A stretch of 64,000 nucleotides of DNA from a virus (IMGVR_UViG_3300013286_000013:1-64000), one strand, 5' to 3'; shown: positions 1 through 11,823, counted from the stretch's first letter. The notes: generated by a model not told the origin, from the letters alone. Numbers and translations are program-made.

Positions 1-3000
1 ACTCACAATAGTAGTAAAGGTAGAATTTACTGTTGTTGCTATCTGACTATCAACCAATCCTGTTCCACCGACTGTTAGTCCGCTGACACTCAACCAACCT
101 GTCCAGGTATTAGAAGCGATACTAACTGTATTAGCGATGGTGTTTACTGAATAGTCAACTGCATATCGCAATGGAGTGGTACCAACACTTACCAGCACAG
201 ATGCAGTGCTTGCGGGCTTGCCGCCAATTTCAAAAGTTGTAGTTAAATTATCTAACAAATACTTTCTGTTGATAATCAAAGGACTTGCCTGTCCCTTTGA
301 TTCAAATACAGTAACAGCAAAACTTTCTTGTACTTGTCCCGGTAGCAATTCTTCTGGTGCATGACTGTAGTTTGCATCTAAGAACGCACTGCCGTCTAGT
401 AAAATATCAGATGGTTTAATACCAAGTGTAATCTCACCTAACTGGCCGCCGCTTATCACTGCATCTAGTGCGTCCGGATCTCCAGGAAGTATAGTTCCAT
501 CACTTGTCTGATCTCTAAATGTAACATATTGAGTTGCAGAAAAATCCTGAGTAAAATTAACCAATGGAATATAGACTGTTGCTGTCGTTCCTGTTCCCAC
601 GATGGTAGGTACCACTGTTGGATCTAGTCGAGTAGTTCTTCCCGATCCCGTAGTCACATAAACGTTGATACTTGCTCCAACCGGAACAGCAAATGGTGTT
701 GTTACTGGTATTAGGTTCGCCGCCTCGTTAGAAATAAGACTATTAAGTTCGGCAGCTTTTGCCGAGTACCCATTCACTTGAATCTGCGATTCATTAACCT
801 GTCCCAGAATATATTGGTATTGGGGATTGTTAACCAACTGCACACCTGCGCCTGGTACCTGTATTAGAGTAGGAGTTTGTGCTAACGCAGACTGGAGTTG
901 AGCTAATCGTGTTGTCCAGAATGAAAGCTCATCTAACACCTTGACCAATTCTGCTCGATGTACTGCTGATAGACTTACCGCAAGATTTAATGGATCGGTT
1001 ACTACTCCATAGTTAGATTCGCTAGAGTAGCTGTCCCAGGCGCTGGTATAGAACGGCAATGCATCCCATCCAGACGCATAGTTAAACGGCAGTGTGTCAA
1101 CTTTAACACCACCAAATGTCATGCCTTTCATGAGCTGTGTCAGCTCTTTACCTGGCATACCGGAAGCAGGATTATAATAATTGTTAATTCTATCAACTGC
1201 TGACAATAATTTAATATCTTTTGTATAGTTTAAGACTAGACGTTTTTCTTTATCAGGAACAAAGTTCAATACTAATTTTGCGAATTTCTTAAGAGCAGTG
1301 ACCCCACTGGTGTTTGTAAAGAAATCTGAATAATATTGGATTGTGTATTGATCACTTAATATCATTGATCCGTCTATTGTAAGATCTATAGTATTCTTTT
1401 CGGCCTGCGGTACCCAGGTCAGCGCCCAGGTGTAGGTTTCGCCATCACCTATAAAATAGTCAGTTGTCTTGACATCTGCTATTTCTGTTCCGTAGGAAAT
1501 TCGGTCAAACTTCATTGTTACAGATGTTTTTCTAACTTTTCCGTTGTATAGTTGTACTCTAGCTTTTGCTTGTGTAAAATCTTGACCTCCGCCGCCAGTT
1601 AACACGACAGTCGGTGTTTCTGTATAATTGCTACCAGGATCAAGTACAACGATATCATATACTTTTCCTAGGCTAATATAGGCCCTAGCAAATGCACCAT
1701 ACCCTGTATCATTAGGAGCTGTTATAATTTGCACTTTTGGAGGACTTACATAATTTGATCCGCCGTCAGTTATTTGAACCTCTCCTACACTATAGGAAAA
1801 ATTGTCCGCCCATGATTTCCAAGGATACGTTTTTAATAAAGGATCACTATAAGATTTAATGGTGGTAAACTCTTCCAAAGTTTGATCGTAGTAGGCAGGT
1901 AGGTCGAAATCGCTACTGAAAGTATGAGTTGGATCTAATGATGTATAATCCGTTGTAAAATTTCTAATTTTTGTGTGGTAAGGTTTTACTTCTTCAATCC
2001 ATTTTTCATAGAAGGCACTGTCTTGTAGTTTGTATGTAGGTCGCTTATCTAGAGATCCTGCTTTATTCCTAACATTAATGAAGGCTGTTTTAAATGCCCA
2101 ATCAAGATTTGCCTGTTCTGAAAATGCATATTTTACAGCATGGAAGAAGAATTTATTCCAATATTGTTTTAAATCGCCCACAAACAAATCATTCTTGATT
2201 GCTTTGAGAATATAACTCAACTCAACGTCTGGAGATTGATCAAAGAACGTAGAATCATAAGCGGCGATTTCATCAAAAGCAAAGTTGGTTAAAGAAGGGC
2301 GCCATAATGCAGGATCAATTTGTATTGTTCCTTTTTCTTCAGCAATGATATCGTAGTCAGTATCAAACGTACCGACCTTGATTGTTCTATCAACTTTCTT
2401 TAAGACTACAAATCGGCCGGCACCGGCATTTTGTATTTTTACAAGGTCTCCCAGTTTAGGAGTTATTCCGTTTAGCCCGTATGTATCGCTTATCGTATAG
2501 GAAATCAGCTGTAGATTATTGTAATCTGCTCTCGCCCAGTCGACAGGATACCAATATTTGGTTACATCATACTGCTGACTATGAATGCGTGTCCAAAGTT
2601 GTTCTGCTTGGCTCCATTCAAACTTGCTCCACATGTTTTTTGCTTCGGAATCTGTTTGAACATAAACAGTGTACGGACGAACTAATAATTTTGGTACTTC
2701 TGTATAACCATATCCAGGTTCAACGATGGTTGCACCAACTACCCGTCCTGTTTCGCTTAGGGTGGTTTGTATCACTGCCCCATATCCGTTTCCAGAAACT
2801 GTCACTGTAGGAGGATAGAGATAGTTGTAGCCGCCGCCCGGATAAGAAATAATCACTCGATCAATTCCACCGTTACTATTGATAGTGCATACTAACTGTG
2901 CTTGGCTTAGAGCTCTCGTTTCAACAAGCCCTAATTGGTAATTTGTTTCGACCACTTGGTCCCACGCATTTTGTTGCGGCGATGGAATCGCTTCCATCAT

Positions 3001-6000
3001 CTTTAGATTAGGAATTGATTTTAAACTTAAAATTCTATTTTCTAATAAAACAGTATTAGTCCATTCCAATACTGTTCTCAAAGCTTCGGCTCTATCAGCA
3101 AACATCGTCTGACGGGGTCGCACGTTGATACCATATCGCTGTTGAACTGACAGTGCAGGATCTGGAACCGGCTGACCAATCTTATCATATCCAACTAGAC
3201 TGTCTATTAATTTTTGTTCTAACATTGTAGAAGGACTGCCGTAAGGATCGCCTTCTTGTAACAGCAACCATTCTGTATGCCGCGGAGCTGAACTTGTTAG
3301 TCTATCAAAATTAATATGTAAATTTGTCGAATTGTTATTGATCAAATCCTTAACATTGACCAATGCCACTGCATCTTGTCTTAAAATTGTAGCATGTTCT
3401 ACTAATTGATTTTTAGGATCAGCGATTAGTCCTGCAACTGTTATTGCACTTATTCTTCTATTTTTAACTCCGGCAGGTATGGTAGTCTTGTTTCTAACCC
3501 AGTAGTAATATATATTGCTAAACGTGCTGGTTACTGCATTATAAACCTGTTTGACAGACAACACACTATTATCAGGGTGCTTTGGTTGACCACTTATACC
3601 TCGAAGTAATCCGTTGCTTGTATCAGCAACTGCCGCCCATTCACTAGGTAATAAATTAGAACTCACCCATTCATATACCTGAATGGCGCTACCTGGAAAT
3701 GTTGTTCCCCACTGATTTTTCCTATACTCTAAATCGCCCTGTTCATACCAAAAGTATTTTACAGCACCAGTATCCCACCATAACTCTCCAACATGATCAT
3801 CAGTCCAATTGGTATTGGTATCAACAGATATTTTTCCTGTTCCGAGAGTATAGACAGCAGGGTCAGTTATCGTTTTATAAGTTAATTCTTGATTGGCTGT
3901 TCCGGGAATGTATCCTTTTACAGGATCGAATATTTCAAGGTACTGAGTGATTGTATCTTTCACTGAGTCAATTACCATTAGACGTTTAATCACTGAAGGA
4001 TCTACCAACGGCTCTTCATATCTTAATAGTTTCCAACTGTTTACAGATGTATCTATTTTTTTGAATATAAATGTTTGACCGTTATTTTTTCCAGCCATAG
4101 TATCAGAGGTTGGGGCACCTACATAAATGTTGCCAGCTAACTGAGCTACTGAGTAACCAAAATCACTACCTGTTGTGATTGAATTTGACTGTATATCTTG
4201 AGCATAAGAAAAATATGTATGATATCTATTAAATACACTAACTGAGCCTGCTCCCTCTATATTGCTATAGAATCGTGTTGACTGATTATCAAATGTTGTT
4301 TTTAAGTGTCGAACATCAGTAGTATAATCTTTTACATATTTTGTACCGTATAGAGACTGCGCATTTGGCAGTAGTCCCATATAGGTATCAAATGTGATAT
4401 TTTGAAGTTCAAGCGTGCCAAGACTTGATACAATCAATGTTTGTTTATTGTCATCGATAGAAATATCAAATCCAAAAATTGTATTAGAATTTCTATTAGG
4501 CTGTGTTAGGTTTTGCAACCATGTAAATTTAGATCCATTCCATTGCCATACACTAACCATACCTTGGTACAATCCGTATTGTGTTCCTGGACTGCTTATG
4601 AACAAGTATTTTCCGTCCTTGCTCATTACAAGTTTGTTACCAAGCAAGTCGCCTGAGGTAATAATGCCCAAGAGTCCCGCCGTATCTTTAGTAATATCGA
4701 CAGGCAATGCTGTAAATGTATTGTTAGAATTCTTAGTATAGATCCTTACAACTCCAGTATTAGTATATGCACCCGGGGCACCGACTGCCACAATGCTGAG
4801 ATCGGCACTGGCTGCTATGCTTTGACCAAAGAAACTACCTTGTGGCAAGTTGTTATTTGATAAAGCCGCTAACGCAGAAATTGAAACTGTGCTGGTATTA
4901 TACAGTCCTAATGTCATGTTGTAATTATAAACCTGCCCAATACCTTCGCCGGGCGCTCCAACTAAAAATTGTTTATTTGTTGCTGAAGAATTTACCACAA
5001 TAGAATTTCCGTACCGACCATTTGAAGTAGGATTAGGAGTAGTTAGCACCGCCAAGGTTACTGGTTGATTCAACACTCTATTAACGGCGGTAATCTTGAT
5101 CATACCAGTTCTATCAAGCTGTGTGATATTGTTAGTATCTTGTACAAAACGTAAATTACCAGTGCCCGTTACATCTCCTCGAACTCTACTTGTCGCAGGT
5201 GCGCCTGCAAAAATTACATTATCGGCCGCATCAAATTTTAAACTATACCCGTACTGTGGGGGTATAGTGCTTAGATAATAGTCATGACCGGCTTCTTTCA
5301 GAGAGTAGGTGAATAGAGTGTTTACCTTAACATCTCTAACAGATGTTTTATCATAGACAAATATTTTGCCATATCCATAGTTGTTGTCATAAAAGCCGGG
5401 AGCACTAACTACATAGGTCGAAGTTGATTCATCTGTACTGTATGAAAATCCATACTGCTGATTTGTATTATCAACTGCATCTGAATATGTTGTAGCCGAG
5501 TAATTATCGATCTTTTCGTAGACTGCCCATTTCTTAGATCCATCATCGTCGACCCAAATTTTATCACCGTATTTGGTTGTTGTTAATCGTGGCAGTGAGG
5601 CCAGATCGTCAAAGCTACCGAAGCGAACTGAAACAAATTTAGAAACGATTCCAATATAGATATCTGATGAATACGGTACCGCAGTTAAGGTGCTAGAAAC
5701 AGTAAATTGTGTGTTAGACTCAACTGACGTAACAAGATATACTTTATTAAGATCTGGAATAAATCTTGAAACAGCAATAACCTCACCTACTACCAATCCG
5801 TGTGATTGAGCAGTAGTGAACTGAGTACCTATGCCGGGTTCAGTAACTGTAACTTGAATGATCTGTACATTCTGTCTCGTATATCGTAGAACATCCCAGC
5901 TACCAGTGGGACTATATCCTAACCAGAAAGTGCTGCCTTCTGCAATTAGATTTGGATCTCCTATGTCCAAGATGCTGTTAATATTATAGGCGGTTGCTGT

Positions 6001-9000
6001 TACATCGTCAACACGCACATATCCTGCTGTCTGTATTTCAGAAATATATTCTGAGAAGTTAGTATCCAAAGTTGGAAACACACTACCGTAATCGTAATCA
6101 TCTGGTGCAACTAACATATCACTTTGAGGAACACGATATATGAAATCATTATTAATAGCAGGATAACCTGTAAATTGTATAATCTGAGGATTCTGAACGA
6201 ATCTCTGATCATTTAGATTGAACTGTAATTCCTTGTAAGAACTATAGCCACCAAATGCTCCTATTCTAAAAGCCCAAGTTTCTAAAAATTCAACTTCGCC
6301 TTGCAGATTATTAAGACTTGCCTTGGCTAATTTAGTAATAGAATTAGACGTGCCTTTTTCTTTGATATATCCTTGATAGAATTTATACTGTGCAATTCTA
6401 TCATCAAAAATATTATCTAAGTATATTCTTGGAGTATATCCTGTAAGATGTTGGGCCATACGTTGCTGGCCAATATCAAAATTATCTATATCCAAACTAT
6501 AAAAATCTTCAAACTGAGTTATCTTATATTCAAAGTTTGGTAGCAATGCAGGCACGGGTTTTGATGTCAATCCCCGCCACACTTTAAAATCAAAAGATGT
6601 AGAACCGTCGACCTTCTTAATAGCTGAATAATATTTTCCAGAATATCTCACAACTTCGCCCGGTGCATAATCTGAGTTTGGTTGCCAGTCAGCAACAACT
6701 GCTTCATCATATATAAATCCAGGAGTTGCAAGACCGCCATTCCATTCTGCTGTTCTAAACCCTGTTAATTTGATACGTTGCTGACGATAGCCAGTGTCTT
6801 TATCGTACACAATATCTTTGAACATACTGAAATTATTAAAAACAACCGCATGTTGCTTTTGTATAATATTCACCTGAGCAAAGTAGAAACCTGTGTTAGG
6901 TAATAAAGATTCAATTACAAATTCACCATCTTCCCGTGATAAGGTAAACTGCTGACTAGGAAATGCTGTTCCGTCTGAAGTTAATAAATTATATTGATAA
7001 TATGGATCTGTTAGATCATCAACTACTCCATATAGAGTTTTATTTCCTGCACTGTCAGATGTTTTAAATTTAATCTGCTGAGCGAAGGGGCTTAACACCA
7101 ATAACGATCCGTCTATCCAATTCTGCGTTGTCCAGAATAAAAATTCTCTTGTTGAAAAATCCCAATCAAGTATTGAATTAAGGTCTGACTGAAAGTAATC
7201 AAATACAAACCCCTGGCTTTCTAAATATTTTCCGTAGCCAATTAAAAAATCGTAAACGTCTTGTATTGTTAGTAGTGTCGACCCATAAGAGATAGTAACT
7301 GGTACAGTTTCGTATTTTACTGCCTTGGCAACTGTGATACCACCAACCACCGGCAATTCTACTAACTGCTGGAAGTTGCTCGGAGAGAATGTTGTAGTCG
7401 CAGTATGACTTAGTTTTGTTCTGTAATAGACGTTTTGGTAAGATACCAATTGACCTGTTTGATAGAATTTATTTTCAGTCCAGGTTACATAATTTTCAGA
7501 AGCTCCGCCTAGTGTGACTTTGGTATCTTGAAAACTGTGAATAGGAGTTAATATTGTAAAATAAGGTTTGAGAGAATCATATCCCTTTACAGTATATGCT
7601 CCTTGATTTTTTTGAATAATAATACCGCTGACTGACAAAGATGTAATAGGGTTACTCTGATGTAGATAGATATTATAATCTTCCGAAGGTAGTAATACTC
7701 CGGGATTAACGCTAGATGGATCTACTGAATCAATCCGTACCGCTAACTTGTCTTTGTCTAAAAATCCTTCTGCTTTGTATATTAGATTATAATCCACACC
7801 AGTAAGATCTACTTTTAGTCTATTAATATAATTATTATTTCTTTGCAACCCTGCTTCAATTAGCAGGACGCTGTAGCCAGCCGCATATTGCAATTTTCCA
7901 GCAACAGTATCTCTATACAGAATAAGGTCTGAAAGTTTTAATAATTGTTCATTATCGCCGTATACTGTTTGACCGGCCACTGAAAATTTAATTCTGCTGG
8001 TGTCGAAAAGCAGGGACGCATATTTGGCAGGCTTAGTAAGAGTAAGCAGTATCTGAACGGCGAAAGGCCATGCGCTTGATCTTCTCCATGCTGTTTCAGC
8101 CGGAGAGTGATCTCCAAAAATCCATTCTGCATTGGTCTGATTAAAAATAACATTCTGTGCCAGACCAATGCGTTGCGGATCTAATAATGTTCCATTTTCA
8201 GTAACTGGTAATATCTTTAATAGATTCGGTCTAGCATAATTTAAATCAATGCCGGCCCTATCGCCGCTACGAATAATACCCTGTGATAAATCTGACCATA
8301 AGATTGTATTACCAGACGTAAATGGTGCCGGGCCGTATTGTGCCTTCCACCAATCCGGCTGTTCGCTGAACCCTAGCATTTCCCATGCATGGGTATGCGG
8401 ACGATCAGTGTCATAGAAATATTTAAAAATTCCTCTCCAATGGCCAGGAAGTTGTAGATTATTTGTAGGGTTAGTTGCAGATGTTCTAAAATTCCATGTT
8501 CGCGGATCGTATACCGCAATTATATTTGTTCGATAATCGACTCCATTAAATCCTGTCCATTTTAAAAATTCCGCGCTCAGAAGTTTAAAAATTTCGTTAT
8601 AACTAAAATCTTTATTTCTATATGCGCCTGGCAACACAGAATTGATATCAAGTAGCGTGGGAGTATATACCGAAGATGATTTTATATTATTAAAAATTCT
8701 CGTTTCTAATTCGAGGATAATATCATCTCTGTAATCGCCGTATGCCAGCATGATACTGCCGTCGTGTCCTTCAATTACAAATGCCGGCGTTGTATATGTT
8801 GTATCAAAATACTTTGATGGTCGGAAGCTAGGGTATAGGCCTAACTTTGACGGTGTTGGCGGAACGTAACAACCTTGTGTTGTTGCATAAAACTTTATTT
8901 CAATAATATCGTTGAGTGTTAGTTTTTTAATAAAAGTTACACTGGGATCTGTGCTAGGAATAGTATAGTCTATGCCTAGTATTAACTGTACTCCGTTAAT

Positions 9001-11823
9001 GTAAATTATCACTGCTTTGTCATTAACATCTACCAAATTTACGATCGAAGGAAGAGCGTATGTTGTGATTCTTAAATCTGTTACTGTATAAGTTCTCAAT
9101 ACGTAATCTTGCCCGTATGGAACCATGTCGGAGTAACCATATGGAAACAATACATCTTTTCCTGCGTTAATTGCAGATAAGATTTGATCAACTGCATCTC
9201 GAGGAGTTATTGCATTTGTAATTTCGTTAACTGCTTTAAGGAAAGTAGATTTAAAATTTTGATAATCGTCTGATACTTTCTTCACAGCGTTGATAATACT
9301 ATGTTCTTTCAGTCCAATAAAAAAGTGTGCAAATGACAGAGGTTCGATATGGGAAATTAAGCGGGTGCCGTACTGTGCGGCATCACCTAAGTCTCGCAAA
9401 TTATTAAAACCCAGCGCCGATCCAAAGAAGTTGGGAATCTTTTCAGAAATAGATTGCAACTGATTCGTAAATTCTGCCAATGTCAATTGTGCAATAGGAC
9501 CATTCAACGGATTGTTTGTTAAACTTATGCTAGGCTCGTATACTCCATTCTCGTTAGGAATTGCAGTTGTATAGAGTTTAAACAAGACTCTACTTGAGAT
9601 AGGTAAATTATTATAGAAGACTACAAATAAGTATTGGTTCTGCGGAACAATCTCAAATTCAATATATTGTATTTTTTTGATACCATTTACAAATACATCT
9701 ATTTTTAAATCATTTTGCCATCCCGGATAATTGACCGCATTAACTTCCACGTTCGATGTTGCTATCTCAATCACCTGATACTGTAAAATAGCTATAGGAA
9801 GATTAATTGACGGCGTCCAGGCATTTACATATTTTGTCGATACCCCGTTTGATATTTTTAAAAATCCGGATGACACAGGCACGATCGAAGTTCCTGTAGC
9901 TGATGCTACAGAAAATGTGTCTGTATTAAAATAGTTTGTGAAAAGAAAGTCACCAATATTCGCAACATTGAGATATTTTAAATCAAGGCCCAACACCGGG
10001 TCGTGTATGGTACCTTTGGTATAGCCGAATAATTTAGTTCCGGAAAAATTTCCAGGATAATAGGCTGTGTTGCTGTAGCTTATTCCGTTGGCATCAAATA
10101 GGTCAAATACGGGAGCTTGGTTTAACCCTGTTTTCTGTTGGGCCAATATCCAACTCTTGCCATCCCACCACCAACTAGATCCCTTGTATTCGGATCCTTC
10201 TGCTGTAACAACTGTATCTCCAACTGTGGGATTAGAAGCTATATCCTCAACTAGATTAACAATTTGGTTTCCGTTGACAGTTTCTATTTTGACTACAAAA
10301 GTTTTTCCTCTTACTAAAGTATCTTCGTCAGCGTTAAAAATAACTCGATAGCCTTCTTGTAATAATACTCCGTCAATATAGTACCCTGCACTGCCTTCAA
10401 CTGTAAAAAATGCATTAGCTGTTATCGTATCTATTAGATGAACATTGGTTTTTGCTGTTGTGCCAAAATTAAATAATTTAATGTTAGGTTGAAATTCAAT
10501 GATAGGGCGGCGAGCACGTTTGTCTTGCGGAAATACTGCAGGTACACCATTCGCTTTAGCAGATGCCGAAATAATTCCAGCATGGAACCAGCGGTTATAT
10601 CTAGACCAGGGATTTCTATCAGCACTGGCTCGATTGATTGTCACATAGTCCGGGGTAATTGGGGCATTTTTAAAATCATCAAATGGGAACTCATCAAATT
10701 TTTGCGCATCAAAGTTAGTGTTGAGACTATTTGATAGATCAACACTATTTTGCAAGCTATCAAAATCTGTTAGATTAATAGCAGTGCCAACACCTTCAAC
10801 TATCCAACGCTTCTTTGCATAAGACTGAGGAACTACGCTATCTGGAAAGTATATTACCATTCCGTTTGACAGCTGGATATTGTTACCGGAGTTGTATGTT
10901 TTTTTACCTATAAGATCTGCTTCAACGTTCAATTCTGTATTTTCTAATATAGACTTAACAACAATTTTTCCTGCTACACGAGTATCGTCGCCTGCTACGT
11001 AATATAGAACGTCTGGTGTTAGGTCATCGATAGTGACAATAATCTGTCCATCTTTGGAACCATTATTAAGCACTCCGGAGTACTGATCTGCCTGACCGTA
11101 TGATAGTGCTGTCTTAATATAGAGATTATGCACCGAAGTAACATTTAGCACATAGGTTAATCCCCTATAAAAAGTTACAGTAGGATCTGGTGTTAATCCA
11201 TTAGGAGTAAAGATAAAAACAGTAGCATTATTTGTGTCGCTGATTATTTTTTGATCAATAGTTGTAAAAGTATTAACAGTTGCGCCGCCGTCCGTAACAG
11301 TATATGTACTAACTGTGGACTTTTGTATGCCTGTGATTTCTATAGGATCAGGGCCGGCTTCTAACCAATAGTATTGAGTATAGTTTACGAATTTATCAAT
11401 GTCTATCTTGGGATCATAAGAGTATACAGTAGGTCTAAGAATTTTATCATGATTGTCGGTAGTGGCATTGTAATATGATAATTGGTTTAAAAAGTCATCA
11501 TAGCTTATCGCATGTGTTATGTTATTGCTGTCATCTCTAATAATTAGACCAGGATCTAATTGGTAATCTTGTGTTAATTTTGACACACTACCGATATACT
11601 GATCTTTTAATGGATTGTATGTTGATGTAATTTTGCTTCCAACATATCCGCTAATTCTTTCAACTCGAGGAACCTCAACTAACCTATCCAAGGTACTTGA
11701 TAAGAATTTTATATTTTTATCTGTCTTGAGATATTCGGGTAATAAATCGCTGGTCTTTCTCGTGTGACTGGGATCGTTTAAGTTGTAAACGTCAGTTAAT
11801 TCGTTTCGTGTATTTTTTGCCAT
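1..11823 (-). CDS. Giant (>3,941 aa, truncated at window edge) baseplate/virion structural protein with an FG-GAP beta-propeller and CBM5/12-like motifs
   Basis: ATG at 11823 (MAKNTRNELTDVYNLNDPSHTRKTSDLLPEYLKTD...). The same frame is still open at positions 60-1 (...GLVDSQIATTVNSTFTTIVS). No stop-terminated long ORF is listed here, consistent with one frame running off the window. Follows the gp6-like gene. Seven FG-GAP-like blades at ~4050-5470. Confidence 0.85.
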   Translation of the reverse strand, partial: MAKNTRNELTDVYNLNDPSHTRKTSDLLPEYLKTDKNIKFLSSTLDRLVEVPRVERISGYVGSKITSTYNPLKDQYIGSVSKLTQDYQLDPGLIIRDDSNNITHAISYDDFLNQLSYYNATTDNHDKILRPTVYSYDPKIDIDKFVNYTQYYWLEAGPDPIEITGIQKSTVSTYTVTDGGATVNTFTTIDQKIISDTNNATVFIFTPNGLTPDPTVTFYRGLTYVLNVTSVHNLYIKTALSYGQADQYSGVLNNGSKDGQIIVTIDDLTPDVLYYVAGDDTRVAGKIVVKSILENTELNVEADLIGKKTYNSGNNIQLSNGMVIYFPDSVVPQSYAKKRWIVEGVGTAINLTDFDSLQNSVDLSNSLNTNFDAQKFDEFPFDDFKNAPITPDYVTINRASADRNPWSRYNRWFHAGIISASAKANGVPAVFPQDKRARRPIIEFQPNIKLFNFGTTAKTNVHLIDTITANAFFTVEGSAGYYIDGVLLQEGYRVIFNADEDTLVRGKTFVVKIETVNGNQIVNLVEDIASNPTVGDTVVTAEGSEYKGSSWWWDGKSWILAQQKTGLNQAPVFDLFDANGISYSNTAYYPGNFSGTKLFGYTKGTIHDPVLGLDLKYLNVANIGDFLFTNYFNTDTFSVASATGTSIVPVSSGFLKISNGVSTKYVNAWTPSINLPIAILQYQVIEIATSNVEVNAVNYPGWQNDLKIDVFVNGIKKIQYIEFEIVPQNQYLFVVFYNNLPISSRVLFKLYTTAIPNENGVYEPSISLTNNPLNGPIAQLTLAEFTNQLQSISEKIPNFFGSALGFNNLRDLGDAAQYGTRLISHIEPLSFAHFFIGLKEHSIINAVKKVSDDYQNFKSTFLKAVNEITNAITPRDAVDQILSAINAGKDVLFPYGYSDMVPYGQDYVLRTYTVTDLRITTYALPSIVNLVDVNDKAVIIYINGVQLILGIDYTIPSTDPSVTFIKKLTLNDIIEIKFYATTQGCYVPPTPSKLGLYPSFRPSKYFDTTYTTPAFVIEGHDGSIMLAYGDYRDDIILELETRIFNNIKSSSVYTPTLLDINSVLPGAYRNKDFSYNEIFKLLSAEFLKWTGFNGVDYRTNIIAVYDPRTWNFRTSATNPTNNLQLPGHWRGIFKYFYDTDRPHTHAWEMLGFSEQPDWWKAQYGPAPFTSGNTILWSDLSQGIIRSGDRAGIDLNYARPNLLKILPVTENGTLLDPQRIGLAQNVIFNQTNAEWIFGDHSPAETAWRRSSAWPFAVQILLTLTKPAKYASLLFDTSRIKFSVAGQTVYGDNEQLLKLSDLILYRDTVAGKLQYAAGYSVLLIEAGLQRNNNYINRLKVDLTGVDYNLIYKAEGFLDKDKLAVRIDSVDPSSVNPGVLLPSEDYNIYLHQSNPITSLSVSGIIIQKNQGAYTVKGYDSLKPYFTILTPIHSFQDTKVTLGGASENYVTWTENKFYQTGQLVSYQNVYYRTKLSHTATTTFSPSNFQQLVELPVVGGITVAKAVKYETVPVTISYGSTLLTIQDVYDFLIGYGKYLESQGFVFDYFQSDLNSILDWDFSTREFLFWTTQNWIDGSLLVLSPFAQQIKFKTSDSAGNKTLYGVVDDLTDPYYQYNLLTSDGTAFPSQQFTLSREDGEFVIESLLPNTGFYFAQVNIIQKQHAVVFNNFSMFKDIVYDKDTGYRQQRIKLTGFRTAEWNGGLATPGFIYDEAVVADWQPNSDYAPGEVVRYSGKYYSAIKKVDGSTSFDFKVWRGLTSKPVPALLPNFEYKITQFEDFYSLDIDNFDIGQQRMAQHLTGYTPRIYLDNIFDDRIAQYKFYQGYIKEKGTSNSITKLAKASLNNLQGEVEFLETWAFRIGAFGGYSSYKELQFNLNDQRFVQNPQIIQFTGYPAINNDFIYRVPQSDMLVAPDDYDYGSVFPTLDTNFSEYISEIQTAGYVRVDDVTATAYNINSILDIGDPNLIAEGSTFWLGYSPTGSWDVLRYTRQNVQIIQVTVTEPGIGTQFTTAQSHGLVVGEVIAVSRFIPDLNKVYLVTSVESNTQFTVSSTLTAVPYSSDIYIGIVSKFVSVRFGSFDDLASLPRLTTTKYGDKIWVDDDGSKKWAVYEKIDNYSATTYSDAVDNTNQQYGFSYSTDESTSTYVVSAPGFYDNNYGYGKIFVYDKTSVRDVKVNTLFTYSLKEAGHDYYLSTIPPQYGYSLKFDAADNVIFAGAPATSRVRGDVTGTGNLRFVQDTNNITQLDRTGMIKITAVNRVLNQPVTLAVLTTPNPTSNGRYGNSIVVNSSATNKQFLVGAPGEGIGQVYNYNMTLGLYNTSTVSISALAALSNNNLPQGSFFGQSIAASADLSIVAVGAPGAYTNTGVVRIYTKNSNNTFTALPVDITKDTAGLLGIITSGDLLGNKLVMSKDGKYLFISSPGTQYGLYQGMVSVWQWNGSKFTWLQNLTQPNRNSNTIFGFDISIDDNKQTLIVSSLGTLELQNITFDTYMGLLPNAQSLYGTKYVKDYTTDVRHLKTTFDNQSTRFYSNIEGAGSVSVFNRYHTYFSYAQDIQSNSITTGSDFGYSVAQLAGNIYVGAPTSDTMAGKNNGQTFIFKKIDTSVNSWKLLRYEEPLVDPSVIKRLMVIDSVKDTITQYLEIFDPVKGYIPGTANQELTYKTITDPAVYTLGTGKISVDTNTNWTDDHVGELWWDTGAVKYFWYEQGDLEYRKNQWGTTFPGSAIQVYEWVSSNLLPSEWAAVADTSNGLLRGISGQPKHPDNSVLSVKQVYNAVTSTFSNIYYYWVRNKTTIPAGVKNRRISAITVAGLIADPKNQLVEHATILRQDAVALVNVKDLINNNSTNLHINFDRLTSSAPRHTEWLLLQEGDPYGSPSTMLEQKLIDSLVGYDKIGQPVPDPALSVQQRYGINVRPRQTMFADRAEALRTVLEWTNTVLLENRILSLKSIPNLKMMEAIPSPQQNAWDQVVETNYQLGLVETRALSQAQLVCTINSNGGIDRVIISYPGGGYNYLYPPTVTVSGNGYGAVIQTTLSETGRVVGATIVEPGYGYTEVPKLLVRPYTVYVQTDSEAKNMWSKFEWSQAEQLWTRIHSQQYDVTKYWYPVDWARADYNNLQLISYTISDTYGLNGITPKLGDLVKIQNAGAGRFVVLKKVDRTIKVGTFDTDYDIIAEEKGTIQIDPALWRPSLTNFAFDEIAAYDSTFFDQSPDVELSYILKAIKNDLFVGDLKQYWNKFFFHAVKYAFSEQANLDWAFKTAFINVRNKAGSLDKRPTYKLQDSAFYEKWIEEVKPYHTKIRNFTTDYTSLDPTHTFSSDFDLPAYYDQTLEEFTTIKSYSDPLLKTYPWKSWADNFSYSVGEVQITDGGSNYVSPPKVQIITAPNDTGYGAFARAYISLGKVYDIVVLDPGSNYTETPTVVLTGGGGQDFTQAKARVQLYNGKVRKTSVTMKFDRISYGTEIADVKTTDYFIGDGETYTWALTWVPQAEKNTIDLTIDGSMILSDQYTIQYYSDFFTNTSGVTALKKFAKLVLNFVPDKEKRLVLNYTKDIKLLSAVDRINNYYNPASGMPGKELTQLMKGMTFGGVKVDTLPFNYASGWDALPFYTSAWDSYSSESNYGVVTDPLNLAVSLSAVHRAELVKVLDELSFWTTRLAQLQSALAQTPTLIQVPGAGVQLVNNPQYQYILGQVNESQIQVNGYSAKAAELNSLISNEAANLIPVTTPFAVPVGASINVYVTTGSGRTTRLDPTVVPTIVGTGTTATVYIPLVNFTQDFSATQYVTFRDQTSDGTILPGDPDALDAVISGGQLGEITLGIKPSDILLDGSAFLDANYSHAPEELLPGQVQESFAVTVFESKGQASPLIINRKYLLDNLTTTFEIGGKPASTASVLVSVGTTPLRYAVDYSVNTIANTVSIASNTWTGWLSVSGLTVGGTGLVDSQIATTVNSTFTTIVS

